Positions 1-10,309 of a stretch of DNA of 64,000 nt are shown in pieces; the first letter of the stretch is position 1; each line of letters begins with the position of its first letter. The notes under the pieces were generated by a model. It worked only from the letters and a program-made list of their open reading frames with translations, was not told the DNA's origin and made no database searches. The translations under genes were made by a program, and so were the position numbers. Source of the DNA: a virus. Location: the IMG/VR virus record IMGVR_UViG_3300042923_000619, positions 64,001-128,000 of that record. One strand, written 5' to 3'.

Positions 1-813
1 TGAATTAGTTTCACTATTTTTTATTTGTTGTTGTAATTTATATTCATCCTCAAGTGCTTTATTTACAGCTTTTGCTTGATTTAATTCTTGTGTTCTATCT
101 CTTTGTTGAGATTTCTGTTCTGCTTTCTCTCTGCCATTAGCCATTTGATTAACTAAATCATTTTCTTCTTTTTGAATTTGAATTAATTTACTTTCTTCGA
201 CTTCTAATTGTTTGACTTGTTCTAAATATTTCTTTAATTCATTGTCAGAAGAAAAATTATTAGAGTTGCTAAACATATTTTGTAAATCAGCAACTTTATT
301 TTTATCAGCAAATCCATTTTTTTCTAATTGATTTAATTTTTGTTGTGCATTTGCAATATCATCTATAGATTGTTTTATCTTAGCATTATTCGTTATAATA
401 GTTTTTGCAGACTCTACTAAGGTTCCATCTTGTAATGATTGAACTTGTTTTACTACAGTACCTATTCCTGTTGATATTTCAGCTACTTGTTTTCCTATTT
501 CACCATTATTAAATCTAGTTGTAGTTACTTTTAATACTTCACCATTTAAGTTACTCATTGCTGATGTAGCTTTATTTATAACTTCATTAATATTTCCAAG
601 TGAAACATTTCCACCTAAACTTGTTTTAAAATTATTTGCCAAATTAGTTAATGTCTCTAGCTGTTTAGCAACATCAGAATTTTTAATATTTATATCTAAA
701 TCAATTTTTGAATTATTTAAAGTTTTTATAATATTATTTAATTTATTTTGTATTTCATTTGCACTTTGTAATTGTACTCCAAGTAAAATACTACTCTTAA
801 AACTATCTGCCAT
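1..813 (-). CDS. Tail tape measure protein, N-terminal part (runs off the window edge)
   Basis: Open minus-strand frame from ATG at 813 (MADSFKSSILLGVQLQ...) to the window edge; GGAG RBS; helical/coiled-coil composition; lies directly after the tail genes. Confidence 0.75.
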   Translation of the reverse strand, partial: MADSFKSSILLGVQLQSANEIQNKLNNIIKTLNNSKIDLDINIKNSDVAKQLETLTNLANNFKTSLGGNVSLGNINEVINKATSAMSNLNGEVLKVTTTRFNNGEIGKQVAEISTGIGTVVKQVQSLQDGTLVESAKTIITNNAKIKQSIDDIANAQQKLNQLEKNGFADKNKVADLQNMFSNSNNFSSDNELKKYLEQVKQLEVEESKLIQIQKEENDLVNQMANGREKAEQKSQQRDRTQELNQAKAVNKALEDEYKLQQQIKNSETNS

Positions 814-878
814 TATTTATTTCTCTCCTTTCTATTAACAACAAAAAAGAGAGTGTTAATATAAATAACGCCCTCTTA

Positions 879-1460
879 CTATTTCTTCTTTCTATTATAT
901 TGTCTTTTTGGCTTTGTATTTTTTTCAATACTTTTTATAATATTATTTTGAAACTTTTCTGTAGTTTCTTTATCTCCATTTTGTAATTTTACTAACTCAT
1001 CCATATTTAATCCAAGGTTAGATAAAGTTTTTTCTATATTGACTCCAACTTTAACAGACTCTATCATTTCATTTAATTTATTTTGAAGAATATCTAATTT
1101 TCTGATATTTTGAATTGTGATATCATTTCCTATTTCAATCATAATATCTATTAATGAATTTACTACTCTCTTAAAATCTCCATTCGCAAGATTCAACATT
1201 TCCTCTAGTTTGATGTCATCTATACTATTCCATTCTTCTTCTATATTTGTTAGATGGATTAACATATAACGCATTATTTGTATTGTATTCGTAATTTCAA
1301 TATCTGAATTTCCATTTTCTAATTGTACTGTTTGTGCATTTTCAGATATTAATTTAGTTAACTCATTCAATGTATTTATTTCAATTGCATTATATACTTG
1401 ATATTCGCCAAATGTTGCTCTAATTTTCTTTTTAATATCATTATCTTTTAACTTTGCCAT
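879..1460 (-). CDS. Putative tail assembly chaperone
   Basis: 193-aa helical protein immediately upstream of the tape measure; call rests on position. Confidence 0.5.
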   Translation of the reverse strand: MAKLKDNDIKKKIRATFGEYQVYNAIEINTLNELTKLISENAQTVQLENGNSDIEITNTIQIMRYMLIHLTNIEEEWNSIDDIKLEEMLNLANGDFKRVVNSLIDIMIEIGNDITIQNIRKLDILQNKLNEMIESVKVGVNIEKTLSNLGLNMDELVKLQNGDKETTEKFQNNIIKSIEKNTKPKRQYNRKKK

Positions 1461-1657
1461 TATAATTCTCTCCTTTATTTTAAAAATAAAAGGCTAGAAC
1501 ATTACATTCTAACCCTTAGTATTTTATACATTTAATTCAGTCCAATCTATATTGTCTTTATTATTTATCTTAATTTATTAATTAGCGACCTTTAAATTCT
1601 CATCAATATTTTTTATAATATTTTCATAAGATTTAGATTCTATTTTCCCATCTTTAA

Positions 1658-2518
1658 TTAACTTTTTAAGCTAATTAAATAGTTAATAGCACTTTCTACT
1701 TCTTCTTTGTTAAAATTATTTCTTTTAATTTTTGATATTGTTTGAATATTATTTTCATCATGGCTTCCAATTATAATTTCGTTTTCAATTAATGAATATT
1801 TTACAATATAATTTATTGGAACTTTAAATCCTATATTTTTCTTTATAATTGTTAAACATATATCTAATAATTCATTATATTTTTGTTTATTTATTATACT
1901 ATCTATACAATTATTACATTTAAAAACTTTCATGTCTGCCATTTTTTCTAAATCATTTAATGATACTGTATAATCATAATTAATATTTTTAAAATATTCA
2001 TATTCATTATATTCTCCAACACATACAAAAGTATCCTGAATTAAAATTGAATTTTCAGATGAATCTATGAAATTACAATATATCAAATCTTTTATATCAA
2101 CATTAAACCACTCTCCAAATGTTCTAAATTGTTTATAATCATCATGTAGTCTTGCTTCTAATTTATACATTTCATCTTTATGTATCATAATAACTCCTAA
2201 TAGGGTTAAATTAGGAATGATTCCAACATAATTTTTAAATGTTGTCACTATTTCTTTAATTCTTTTAAGCAAATTACTTGTACATCCTATCTTAGTTAAT
2301 CCAGTATCTTCATTGTACAAAAAATATACATATGAAAATGAAGGATTGTTATATAATTTATTAATATAATGTATTTCATTTAAAGCTTTATTTGGTACTT
2401 TTTTAAATAAATTTTGTAAAGTATACTCAATACTTTTACGTCTTTCTTCTATTAGTTTATCAGTATTACATTCTGTATTTTCATTCGTGAATAATTTAAT
2501 AATTTTATTTTGTTCCAT
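1658..2518 (-). CDS. T5orf172/MUG113-type GIY-YIG superfamily protein
   Basis: Motifs YVYFLY...LTKIGCT..L..R...E..LH......GEWF. Confidence 0.75.
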   Translation of the reverse strand: MEQNKIIKLFTNENTECNTDKLIEERRKSIEYTLQNLFKKVPNKALNEIHYINKLYNNPSFSYVYFLYNEDTGLTKIGCTSNLLKRIKEIVTTFKNYVGIIPNLTLLGVIMIHKDEMYKLEARLHDDYKQFRTFGEWFNVDIKDLIYCNFIDSSENSILIQDTFVCVGEYNEYEYFKNINYDYTVSLNDLEKMADMKVFKCNNCIDSIINKQKYNELLDICLTIIKKNIGFKVPINYIVKYSLIENEIIIGSHDENNIQTISKIKRNNFNKEEVESAINYLISLKS

Positions 2519-2722
2519 ATTTGAAACATCTCCTTTTAATTTATTATATTTTATTGAATGTTATGTCTCTATATACATTCAAATCGTATCCCACTATATC
2601 TTATTTAGATAATCAGACTAAAGGTAGCTACTCCTTTAGTCATAATCACCACATTCAATAAAATATAATTGGTGTGGAGACACCATTTCAATGTATATTA
2701 ATTTATTGATTTCCTTAATTAC

Positions 2723-2751
2723 ATATTACTACCAACAATTTTAAAAGTCAA
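2723..2751 (-). promoter_or_regulatory. sigmaA promoter of the GIY-YIG gene
   Basis: Minus strand TTGACT-17bp-TAATAT; ATTAATTTGTT operator at 2763-2773 just upstream. Confidence 0.6.
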
Positions 2752-2786
2752 TGCTTATTTCTATTAATTTGTTTTAATAACTTTAT

Positions 2787-2834
2787 ATACTATATATTGT
2801 GATACGTTCTCTAAAATACCACAATATATAGATA
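2787..2834. promoter_or_regulatory. Tandem NrdR-box-like pair
   Basis: ATACTATATATTGTGA (2787) and CCACAATATATAGATA (2819) match acaCwAtATaTwGtgt; starts are 32 bp apart. Confidence 0.55.
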
Positions 2835-2896
2835 AATATTTACATAAAATCTGTGTTTTATTGGGAATTTGAAGTAAAATAATTATCTTAATTTGT

Positions 2897-3346
2897 TTAT
2901 CCTAATACATCATACTTAGAACGTAAAAATGACATCATTTCATTTATAAAACGTCCAGTATTTTCCCACACTTCATTTACTGCTCCTACTGCATTTTTAT
3001 CCATGCTAATTGCGAAGTGTTCAGCAATTTCATCAAGAGTCATGTAGTCACCTACCTCAATTCCCATTTCAGTTTCATCATACCAAGCTGGATTTGCATG
3101 TACTGTATCATGGTCTATGTATATTTCAATATAAAATTCTCCATTTTTATTTTGAACTGGTGACACCTTACATGAATTAAGCAATAAATTTGTTCTTTCA
3201 TATACTTGAGGTGTATAATTATATATATTTTCTAAAAAATATAATCTAATATCTTGTTGTACTTTTATTGCTATAGTTTCTAATTCCTTTATTACATCTT
3301 TTTGCATTTGTGCATAAAACTCTTCAATTGAATTATAAGTTCCCAT
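2897..3346 (-). CDS. Putative neck/tail-completion protein
   Basis: 149 aa after the tail tube; Y.P..YERT..L motif reminiscent of HK97 gp10-like proteins. Confidence 0.4.
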   Translation of the reverse strand: MGTYNSIEEFYAQMQKDVIKELETIAIKVQQDIRLYFLENIYNYTPQVYERTNLLLNSCKVSPVQNKNGEFYIEIYIDHDTVHANPAWYDETEMGIEVGDYMTLDEIAEHFAISMDKNAVGAVNEVWENTGRFINEMMSFLRSKYDVLG

Positions 3347-3452
3347 TTTTTGATTTCACTTCCTTATATTAATTTTTTCATTTTTAAATACTCAAAAATA
3401 GACACCACTAGGATGTCTACTATCAATATTCAATTTTTATTTTATTAATTTA

Positions 3453-4562
3453 TTATGCAACTGTAACAGTTGAAACATTAGATGTTCCAGCAAAAGTACC
3501 ACCTGTTACAACTACTTTAAAGTTATAAGAACTTCCTGAAGTTAATCCTTTAACTAATGCACTGGTTGAAGTTGCAGTTACAGCTCCACCATTTAAATAT
3601 ACTCCTGTTGTTCCACTTGTAGCACATGTTGAATATGTGGCATCTGTTGAAAGTTTATACATAACATCAACAGATGTAGCTCCTGTTGGTGCAGTAAATG
3701 TTAAACTAGATTGTCCTGCTACTAAAGAACTTGCTGATAAATCACTTATTGTAGAAATTGGAGCTGTAGCGTTTGGATTTTTAGCTTTAAATTCACAGAA
3801 TAAAGGATTGCCGTCTGGGTCAACATTAAATGGGTCTCCAAGTACCTTAAAAGTAATTTCAAATTTTGATGGATTTTCAGCGTCAAATGATAAAGTTACA
3901 CCTGATTGAACAACTACATTTGGAATAATCATATCCATTAATTCTATTTTATTTGTAGCAACATTCTTTCTTAATACTGTTGCTTGTAATTCTTTAGCAT
4001 CAACTTGTCTATTACCATATACCTTAAAAGTATAGACTTGTCCTGCTGATAAAACTTCTGTATAGTTTACTTCAACTTTATCACCAATTTTTAATTCTGA
4101 ATTAGTTATGGTAAATTTCTTTTTATCAGTCCCATCTACTACACCAACTAGTGGTAAATCTAATTCTCCTCCAAGAGATAATTTATGGAAATTAATTGGT
4201 GTTCCAGTCATAGGTTCTGATTTTAAAGTTAACACCAAAGTTCCATCTGTTGTTACTGAGAATACTTCTTCTTTATAATAAGATTCATTTTCGGTATTTA
4301 ATACCAATCCTTCACTACCTAATGCTTCTGCGAGTTGAGCAAAAGATATAGTTTCTGTTTCCATCTTGTATGTTGCTACTGGTGTTGTTGACCAAAATAG
4401 TTTTTCTATACCTTGTTCCTTTGCTGATTTGTCTGTAGTTTTGTATTCAAATGTACATTTGTTTGCTTGAGGGATTTTTAGTAATAATTTATTATCTGTT
4501 CTGCTTCTCAATTTGACCTGACTCGCATTTAAAATCCCAAATCTTTCATTAATTGTTGCCAT
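3453..4562 (-). CDS. Major tail tube protein with C-terminal fibronectin type III-like domain
   Basis: Position; SPbeta-type tube features (V..Q....LSFDAENPS.F); C-terminal ...VKGLTSGSSYNFKVVV FN3 signature; hairpin at about 3398-3422 after the gene. Confidence 0.7.
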   Translation of the reverse strand: MATINERFGILNASQVKLRSRTDNKLLLKIPQANKCTFEYKTTDKSAKEQGIEKLFWSTTPVATYKMETETISFAQLAEALGSEGLVLNTENESYYKEEVFSVTTDGTLVLTLKSEPMTGTPINFHKLSLGGELDLPLVGVVDGTDKKKFTITNSELKIGDKVEVNYTEVLSAGQVYTFKVYGNRQVDAKELQATVLRKNVATNKIELMDMIIPNVVVQSGVTLSFDAENPSKFEITFKVLGDPFNVDPDGNPLFCEFKAKNPNATAPISTISDLSASSLVAGQSSLTFTAPTGATSVDVMYKLSTDATYSTCATSGTTGVYLNGGAVTATSTSALVKGLTSGSSYNFKVVVTGGTFAGTSNVSTVTVA

Positions 4563-4631
4563 TTATATTCCTCCTTAAATTTTACGATTTTTATATAATA
4601 AAAAAGTTCCTATAATTTATAGAAACTTAAT

Positions 4632-5489
4632 TTATTCATTAATTAACTTTTTACATTTTGATAATTTTACTTTTGTCTTTTTAATCCAATTTAAATCTGG
4701 AACTTTTTCAAAATTATAATTACCAGAAGTAAATTGAGATTTAGTTATTTCTATATTTTCTTTTTCAAGTAAGAAATTGAAATAATAATGTAATTGCCAC
4801 ACTGTAATAGTTGAAATATTAGAAAAATTATATTTGCTATTTTCATTCATACATACACTACCAATTAATTGATTGATGGTAATTTTATTTTCATTTTCTT
4901 CTTTTTTTTTATCTTCTTTGTATATTCTATATTGTTCCTCTAATATTCTTTGTAAATTTTCATCGTCATAGTGTTCTAATTCATCTATTTCTTCTTTTTC
5001 TTCTTTTATGATATCTGTACAAGTAATAGTTCTAATAAGTTCACTTAATTCTTCAAAGTTATCCTCATTTAATTCAAATGGAATATTAAACATTTTCCCA
5101 AATGCTTCTTTTTTATAATTTATTACAATTTTATTGTCATCTAATACTTCAATATCTTTCATATCAATTCCAAAAAAGAAACATAATGATTGTGCCAATA
5201 ATGCTATAATAGAATTTTCAGGTTTAATTCCTTCATCTTGTTTGAGGTAGTATTTTTCTTGAATAAAAAATGAGTTAAATAAACTTTTCCCACAAAAATC
5301 ATTTTGTAATGTATTCCATAATTGAAGATTCTCTTTTTGCATACAAAATGGATAAGTCATAGCATAATAATATCCCAAACCAATTTTATCTATGTCTGAT
5401 ATTTTAGGTGGTTTTATAATTAAACCATTATAATTAACTGGTAAACCCCTAATAAGAAGAAATTCTAATTCATCTATTGAAATATTCAT
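4632..5489 (-). CDS. Virion morphogenesis protein of unknown function
   Basis: 285 aa, coupled to the upstream gene within the structural operon. Confidence 0.45.
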   Translation of the reverse strand: MNISIDELEFLLIRGLPVNYNGLIIKPPKISDIDKIGLGYYYAMTYPFCMQKENLQLWNTLQNDFCGKSLFNSFFIQEKYYLKQDEGIKPENSIIALLAQSLCFFFGIDMKDIEVLDDNKIVINYKKEAFGKMFNIPFELNEDNFEELSELIRTITCTDIIKEEKEEIDELEHYDDENLQRILEEQYRIYKEDKKKEENENKITINQLIGSVCMNENSKYNFSNISTITVWQLHYYFNFLLEKENIEITKSQFTSGNYNFEKVPDLNWIKKTKVKLSKCKKLINE

Positions 5490-6052
5490 TAAGAATCACC
5501 TCTTAATTGTTTCTGAATATTTTTATTATTAAGATAATCACTTGAGAATGAATGCCCGCTATAAATGCAAGTATATCCAACATTTTGTTCGTTAATATTT
5601 AAATCTCTAATTTTTTCCTTTTTAACTTCACCTAATCCATTAATAGTTGCTCTATTAAACTCATTATCCATTAATTTCATGATTGCAAAACTTCTATTGA
5701 TTCCATTAGAAAGTTCTTGAATATTATCACCTTTTATTATAATTCTAAATATTATATAAACCATATCATATTCTCTACTTAAAGAAGCAGTATGAAAATC
5801 TATTAATATATTGACACATTCCTCTGATAAAATTTCATTATTTTTACGTCTAAATAAAACACAACCATGTTCTTTTGATGGTATAAATAATTGATATGGG
5901 TCGTCTGGATAACTACAAATACTTTCGTCTAAGGCGTTACTATCTGCAAACCAAACTAAACGAAATAGTTGTTCATTATCTATAAAGAATTGTTTTATAA
6001 AATTTTTAAATAAACCTATATCATCAATTTCTAATAAATCATCTACTTTCAT
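5489..6052 (-). CDS. Putative tail terminator/neck protein
   Basis: 187 aa; position between head-closure and tail genes; GGAGG RBS. Confidence 0.4.
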   Translation of the reverse strand: MKVDDLLEIDDIGLFKNFIKQFFIDNEQLFRLVWFADSNALDESICSYPDDPYQLFIPSKEHGCVLFRRKNNEILSEECVNILIDFHTASLSREYDMVYIIFRIIIKGDNIQELSNGINRSFAIMKLMDNEFNRATINGLGEVKKEKIRDLNINEQNVGYTCIYSGHSFSSDYLNNKNIQKQLRGDS

Positions 6053-6121
6053 TTATCCATCACCTCCATAAATTAATATTAAATTCACATTATCACTCCC
6101 TTATTGTATTAATTTATCTTT

Positions 6122-7615
6122 TTAGATATATTTAAATGTATGTCCCTTATACTGTCTTCTATCACCTCGGCATACTTGAGATATTCCATGACTTAATAAT
6201 TTAATTTTAAATACTTGTTCACTAATATCTTCTAAGTATTTTGCGGAATTAAATATACCTAAACTAATTCCATCTTTAAACATTTCTACTTTTTTACTAT
6301 GTTCTTTACTTGCCTTAATTGATACTCTAATCATTTCTTCTTTCGGGTTATAATTAACCCATATTCCATTTCCTTGTTTTAAATACTTACATATAGTACT
6401 AGAACTTAAATTTAAAATATTTCCTATATTAGTAGTAGTTAATTCTGGATTGTTATTTTTAATTTCACATGCCTTTTTAACTAAATTAGAACAAGCATAT
6501 TCGTTACATTTATTCCAATCTAATTTATTTAAATTAAATAAATTATTTAAAGTTGTATTTTTTAAAATGTGTTCTTTAATCCAATCTAAAGTAGAATATC
6601 TACAATCAATAACTATGTAGTTTTCGGGTTTTATTCCATTTTTTAAAGCTAATTGTTTCTTTAATTTATCATTTAATTGTTCTTGTTGTAAAGAACGTCC
6701 TCGTTTTTGCTCTTCATAATGTTGTTGTCCATGTGTTTCTATAATGTATTGTTCATTATTTAACTCAAAATAGAAATCATATTTATATTCTTGACACCAT
6801 TTGAAAGTCGTCTTAGTAAGTTGTGTCTTAAAATCCAATTTAAATTGTTCTAGTATATTGAATAAAAACTTTTCAGGATATGGGATTTTATCAGAACAAG
6901 AACATCCTATTGAATGATTTCTATAAATATCTGCTATTCTTTTTTTCTTAGATTTTATACGTCCACAGTCAGGACAAATAGGATATATGTATCCTTTCGG
7001 ATTATTAGGGTTTCCACTACCTGTTTTAGTATATAATTTAGCTTCTTCATAATTACCTTGAAAATAAGGAATTAACCAAGGTACGGTTGTCGGTATATCA
7101 TTTATTCCTTGAATTACTGTTCTTCCTGCACAACAAGAGCAACCTGTTTGTTGTTTTCCTATCAAAGCACTTTCTACAATCCACTGTTTATGACTACAGA
7201 TATTACAATGATAGTTATACCATTTTTCTTTAAGAATACTTTTTCTTCCCAGTTTGTCTACTTTTTCTTTTTCTCTATATTCTTTATCTATAATAGTGAT
7301 ATTTCTTTTATCATCTTGTAATCTCGTTCCTATTTCTATTTTAAATTCATCTGTGACTTTTCCTAATATTTTTCCTATTCTACATTGTAAAAGATTAGGA
7401 GTTTGAATTATATATTCATTATTATTATATTTTATTGTTACTTTTTGACCTTTTGGAATATAATTTATAATTTCAAAATAATTGTCAATATTATCATATA
7501 TAAAATACACTTTATAACCAATACTGCTATTCCAATCAATTCTAAAATAATCCCCATATTTTTCTTTTGGTAATTCATCTAAAAATATCTTCTTTTTTAC
7601 TTCCTCTTTACTCAT
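6122..7615 (-). CDS. Putative free-standing homing endonuclease (Zn-ribbon + PD-(D/E)xK/Vsr-like + NUMOD1-like)
   Basis: Several CxxC pairs; nuclease-like YDFYF...IIETHGQQHY...ND..K; C-terminal I...CRG....YKG..FKY typical of NUMOD1; interrupts the structural operon. Confidence 0.7.
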   Translation of the reverse strand: MSKEEVKKKIFLDELPKEKYGDYFRIDWNSSIGYKVYFIYDNIDNYFEIINYIPKGQKVTIKYNNNEYIIQTPNLLQCRIGKILGKVTDEFKIEIGTRLQDDKRNITIIDKEYREKEKVDKLGRKSILKEKWYNYHCNICSHKQWIVESALIGKQQTGCSCCAGRTVIQGINDIPTTVPWLIPYFQGNYEEAKLYTKTGSGNPNNPKGYIYPICPDCGRIKSKKKRIADIYRNHSIGCSCSDKIPYPEKFLFNILEQFKLDFKTQLTKTTFKWCQEYKYDFYFELNNEQYIIETHGQQHYEEQKRGRSLQQEQLNDKLKKQLALKNGIKPENYIVIDCRYSTLDWIKEHILKNTTLNNLFNLNKLDWNKCNEYACSNLVKKACEIKNNNPELTTTNIGNILNLSSSTICKYLKQGNGIWVNYNPKEEMIRVSIKASKEHSKKVEMFKDGISLGIFNSAKYLEDISEQVFKIKLLSHGISQVCRGDRRQYKGHTFKYI

Positions 7616-7882
7616 AATTTATTACCTCCGTTGTAATTTATTTTCCGATTTTAGACATAAAAAGAAGAGTGATTCGGAATATCACTCTTATTAATAGAAC
7701 TCGCGACTTTTCTATCTATCTTTCAATTTAGATATTATAATTTGTTTATAATACTAATAAAAAGACACGCATTAGCATGTCCTTATGATTAATATTATAG
7801 GTCTAAACATTCATTTAAAATTGTATTTTTATTTACTATTTTTTCTATTAATTTATTATTATTTTTATTGTTTTTCATACTA

Positions 7883-9139
7883 TCACGCCCCTTTTAGGTT
7901 AATGATTTGTGTTAATATTACTGTTCCATTAGCTTTATCTGTTATAGTTAATGTAAATGACATTGTCGTTGAAATATTAACATTTCTAATTTGTAATTCA
8001 GTATTAGATTTCTTAACTATAGTTATATTACCTTTTGACAATAAGTTTGTACCAGTTGTATCAAGACTATAATCAATAACTAATGTATTATCTATAATAC
8101 CATTTATGTATCTAGTTGATACCAAACTCGAGCCTTCTTTTATCCTATAAGTATATCCATTACTTGTAGTGACTTTATAATCAATCTTATCAGCAACAAC
8201 CGATTTAACCTCAAAATTAATAACAAAATCCTTACTTTTTTCACCACTAGGTATACTCAATGTAATAGAACCTATTCCAATATCTAATCCTTTTATAGAT
8301 ATTACACCTTTGTTGTTATCAACTTGAATTAAATTGCTAGTATTTTTAACAGTAACTAAAGAATAGTCAAACTCATTGCCTGTTTCGTCTTTTATACTGT
8401 AAACCAAATTAATAGATTTATCTTTTTCTAAATCAATACTAGGTGGCATATTATATGTATAAGTATGTTTATTTGCATATAATCCAGCAATTTCATGTGA
8501 CCTATCATCTATTTCATCATTTATACTGTCTTGTCCAAGTAATAAATTCAGTAATCCACCATCAGACACTCTATCAGTTTGAGTGACTTTCCACGCTCCA
8601 TCATTGAATATAAATCTTTGTCCTATTGCTATATTTTTAGTCATATCATTATAAGGTAGCTTTACTTGAAAACGTGAATCTGATTCTGATATCCCACTAA
8701 CCAAAACTTCCATCCCTAGAGTGTATTTAGTTTGATTTATAACAATTGCTTGTGTACTATATAAATTGTTTTTATACATCCATTTTAGCAATTGATTACA
8801 TTTTGTTGAGTCTGCTCTTGGTGAAATTAGATTAGTTTCCACTGCCAAAACTAAATATGTAATATTAGGATATACAATATAATCTCCTACACCTATATTT
8901 GTATCAGGTCTTACATATATTTTCTTTTCTAATGGATTGTTTTCATTATTTACCAATCTTGTATCCAAATCTAATTCTTCATTTAAGTTATCTTTTTTCT
9001 TTAATACACCCAATTTGTATGATGGGTCATCTTTAAAACTACTATTAAATATATTTTTTGAATTATTTAATCTTGACTGTGCAATATCACCATTGCTTAT
9101 CATTCTTTTTTTCCAAACATCAAAATAACTTATTGCCAT
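7883..9139 (-). CDS. Head-closure-like protein with C-terminal Ig-like extension
   Basis: Position after the adaptor; beta-rich C-terminus (VDNNKGVISIKGLDIGIGSITLSI). Confidence 0.5.
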   Translation of the reverse strand: MAISYFDVWKKRMISNGDIAQSRLNNSKNIFNSSFKDDPSYKLGVLKKKDNLNEELDLDTRLVNNENNPLEKKIYVRPDTNIGVGDYIVYPNITYLVLAVETNLISPRADSTKCNQLLKWMYKNNLYSTQAIVINQTKYTLGMEVLVSGISESDSRFQVKLPYNDMTKNIAIGQRFIFNDGAWKVTQTDRVSDGGLLNLLLGQDSINDEIDDRSHEIAGLYANKHTYTYNMPPSIDLEKDKSINLVYSIKDETGNEFDYSLVTVKNTSNLIQVDNNKGVISIKGLDIGIGSITLSIPSGEKSKDFVINFEVKSVVADKIDYKVTTSNGYTYRIKEGSSLVSTRYINGIIDNTLVIDYSLDTTGTNLLSKGNITIVKKSNTELQIRNVNISTTMSFTLTITDKANGTVILTQIINLKGA

Positions 9140-9564
9140 ACTTTTGCCTTCTTAGGATTTTCTAATCGTTTCAAATAACCATATCTATTCATCCAATAAT
9201 GAAATTGTTTTAAACTATCATTTTTAAGTTCTATTAACTTACTTAAATGATTAGCTTGACTATACATTTGAAAATCCTTTGATGATAAGGATTGTTTTAA
9301 TAATTCAATATTATTAATTTTCGGTGATAAATAATGCACTACCATGTTATAAGATATAATATTCATTTCTAAATCTGTTAAATCTCTATTAAATTGATTA
9401 AGAACATAATCTGCTGATGTATTTTTAAATGACACACATTCAGCAAATGATGTTCTTAATAATTGTTGTAATTCAACTTCCAACTCAGTATCAGTTAAAG
9501 TTATATATTCATTTGTGCTTATTTTAGCTAAAAAATAATTATATACTTCGTCAAAGGTTGTCAT
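9130..9564 (-). CDS. Putative head-tail adaptor
   Basis: 144-aa helical protein starting MTTFDEVYNYFL, in the neck position. Confidence 0.5.
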   Translation of the reverse strand: MTTFDEVYNYFLAKISTNEYITLTDTELEVELQQLLRTSFAECVSFKNTSADYVLNQFNRDLTDLEMNIISYNMVVHYLSPKINNIELLKQSLSSKDFQMYSQANHLSKLIELKNDSLKQFHYWMNRYGYLKRLENPKKAKVWQ

Positions 9565-9595
9565 TTAAAAACACTACCTCTCTATATTAATTTGT

Positions 9596-10309
9596 TTAGA
9601 TATTCTTTAAGTCAATATGTAAAATTTCACTTAAATCATCAATTGTACTTAAATTATTTAATTCTCTAGTTTTTACCTTTTTAAATATTTCATTTCTGAA
9701 ATTATTTTTATATTGTGAAGGTAACTCATTAAAGATTCTTGAAATATCATCTTTATTTAAAGTTATTAATTCATCAACATTTTCTACTTGTTTTATTAAG
9801 TCATATGTTCTTTTAAGTCCTAATGCTTCAATTACTCTATCATCTTCTACTACTAACCAAGGTGTATGTAAAAATCTTTTGCTTGCGTTTTCCATACCTA
9901 TAATTTCACTTATAGGTAATGGTTCAACATCTCCTTTTACTAGCCAATTGTATTCAATTTTTGTTTTTGGAGATAAGAAAGTTACATTATCAACTGCACT
10001 TTTTACAACTACAACTTCATCATTTATATTAGCCAACATAGCCTTAGTAAATTTAGCATTGCTATTTACTTTTTTATCTTTAATTACATTTTTTTCTTCA
10101 GAAGCTTGATTATTATTTTTCATTTGTTGAAATTGTTCAAACACAGCAAACATTTTTGCCATATTTTCAGGAGTAAACATATCATTTGACTCTGTTTTAT
10201 TATCTATTTTTACTTCTTTTTCTTTTACTGTACTTTCTACTTTTTCTTCATTATTAACTTTTTTTGGTCTTCCTGCCATAATATCATTTCCTTTCATATT
10301 TGAATTCAT
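9596..10309 (-). CDS. Conserved hypothetical protein downstream of the capsid gene
   Basis: 237 aa; occupies the post-capsid position of SPbeta-like phages. Confidence 0.5.
   Translation of the reverse strand: MNSNMKGNDIMAGRPKKVNNEEKVESTVKEKEVKIDNKTESNDMFTPENMAKMFAVFEQFQQMKNNNQASEEKNVIKDKKVNSNAKFTKAMLANINDEVVVVKSAVDNVTFLSPKTKIEYNWLVKGDVEPLPISEIIGMENASKRFLHTPWLVVEDDRVIEALGLKRTYDLIKQVENVDELITLNKDDISRIFNELPSQYKNNFRNEIFKKVKTRELNNLSTIDDLSEILHIDLKNI

Noticed and set aside
879-1657. Programmed frameshift in the tail assembly chaperone
   Set aside because: No downstream overlapping frame or convincing slippery site was seen before the tape measure start
3637-3909. Plus-strand 90-aa ORF, and similar antisense ORFs at 7109, 7785, 8937, 9879, 11739, 12180, 19268, 21919, 24423, 26425-28858, 33331 and 35215-35821
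   Set aside because: Shadow frames opposite well-supported minus-strand genes; no RBS and atypical composition
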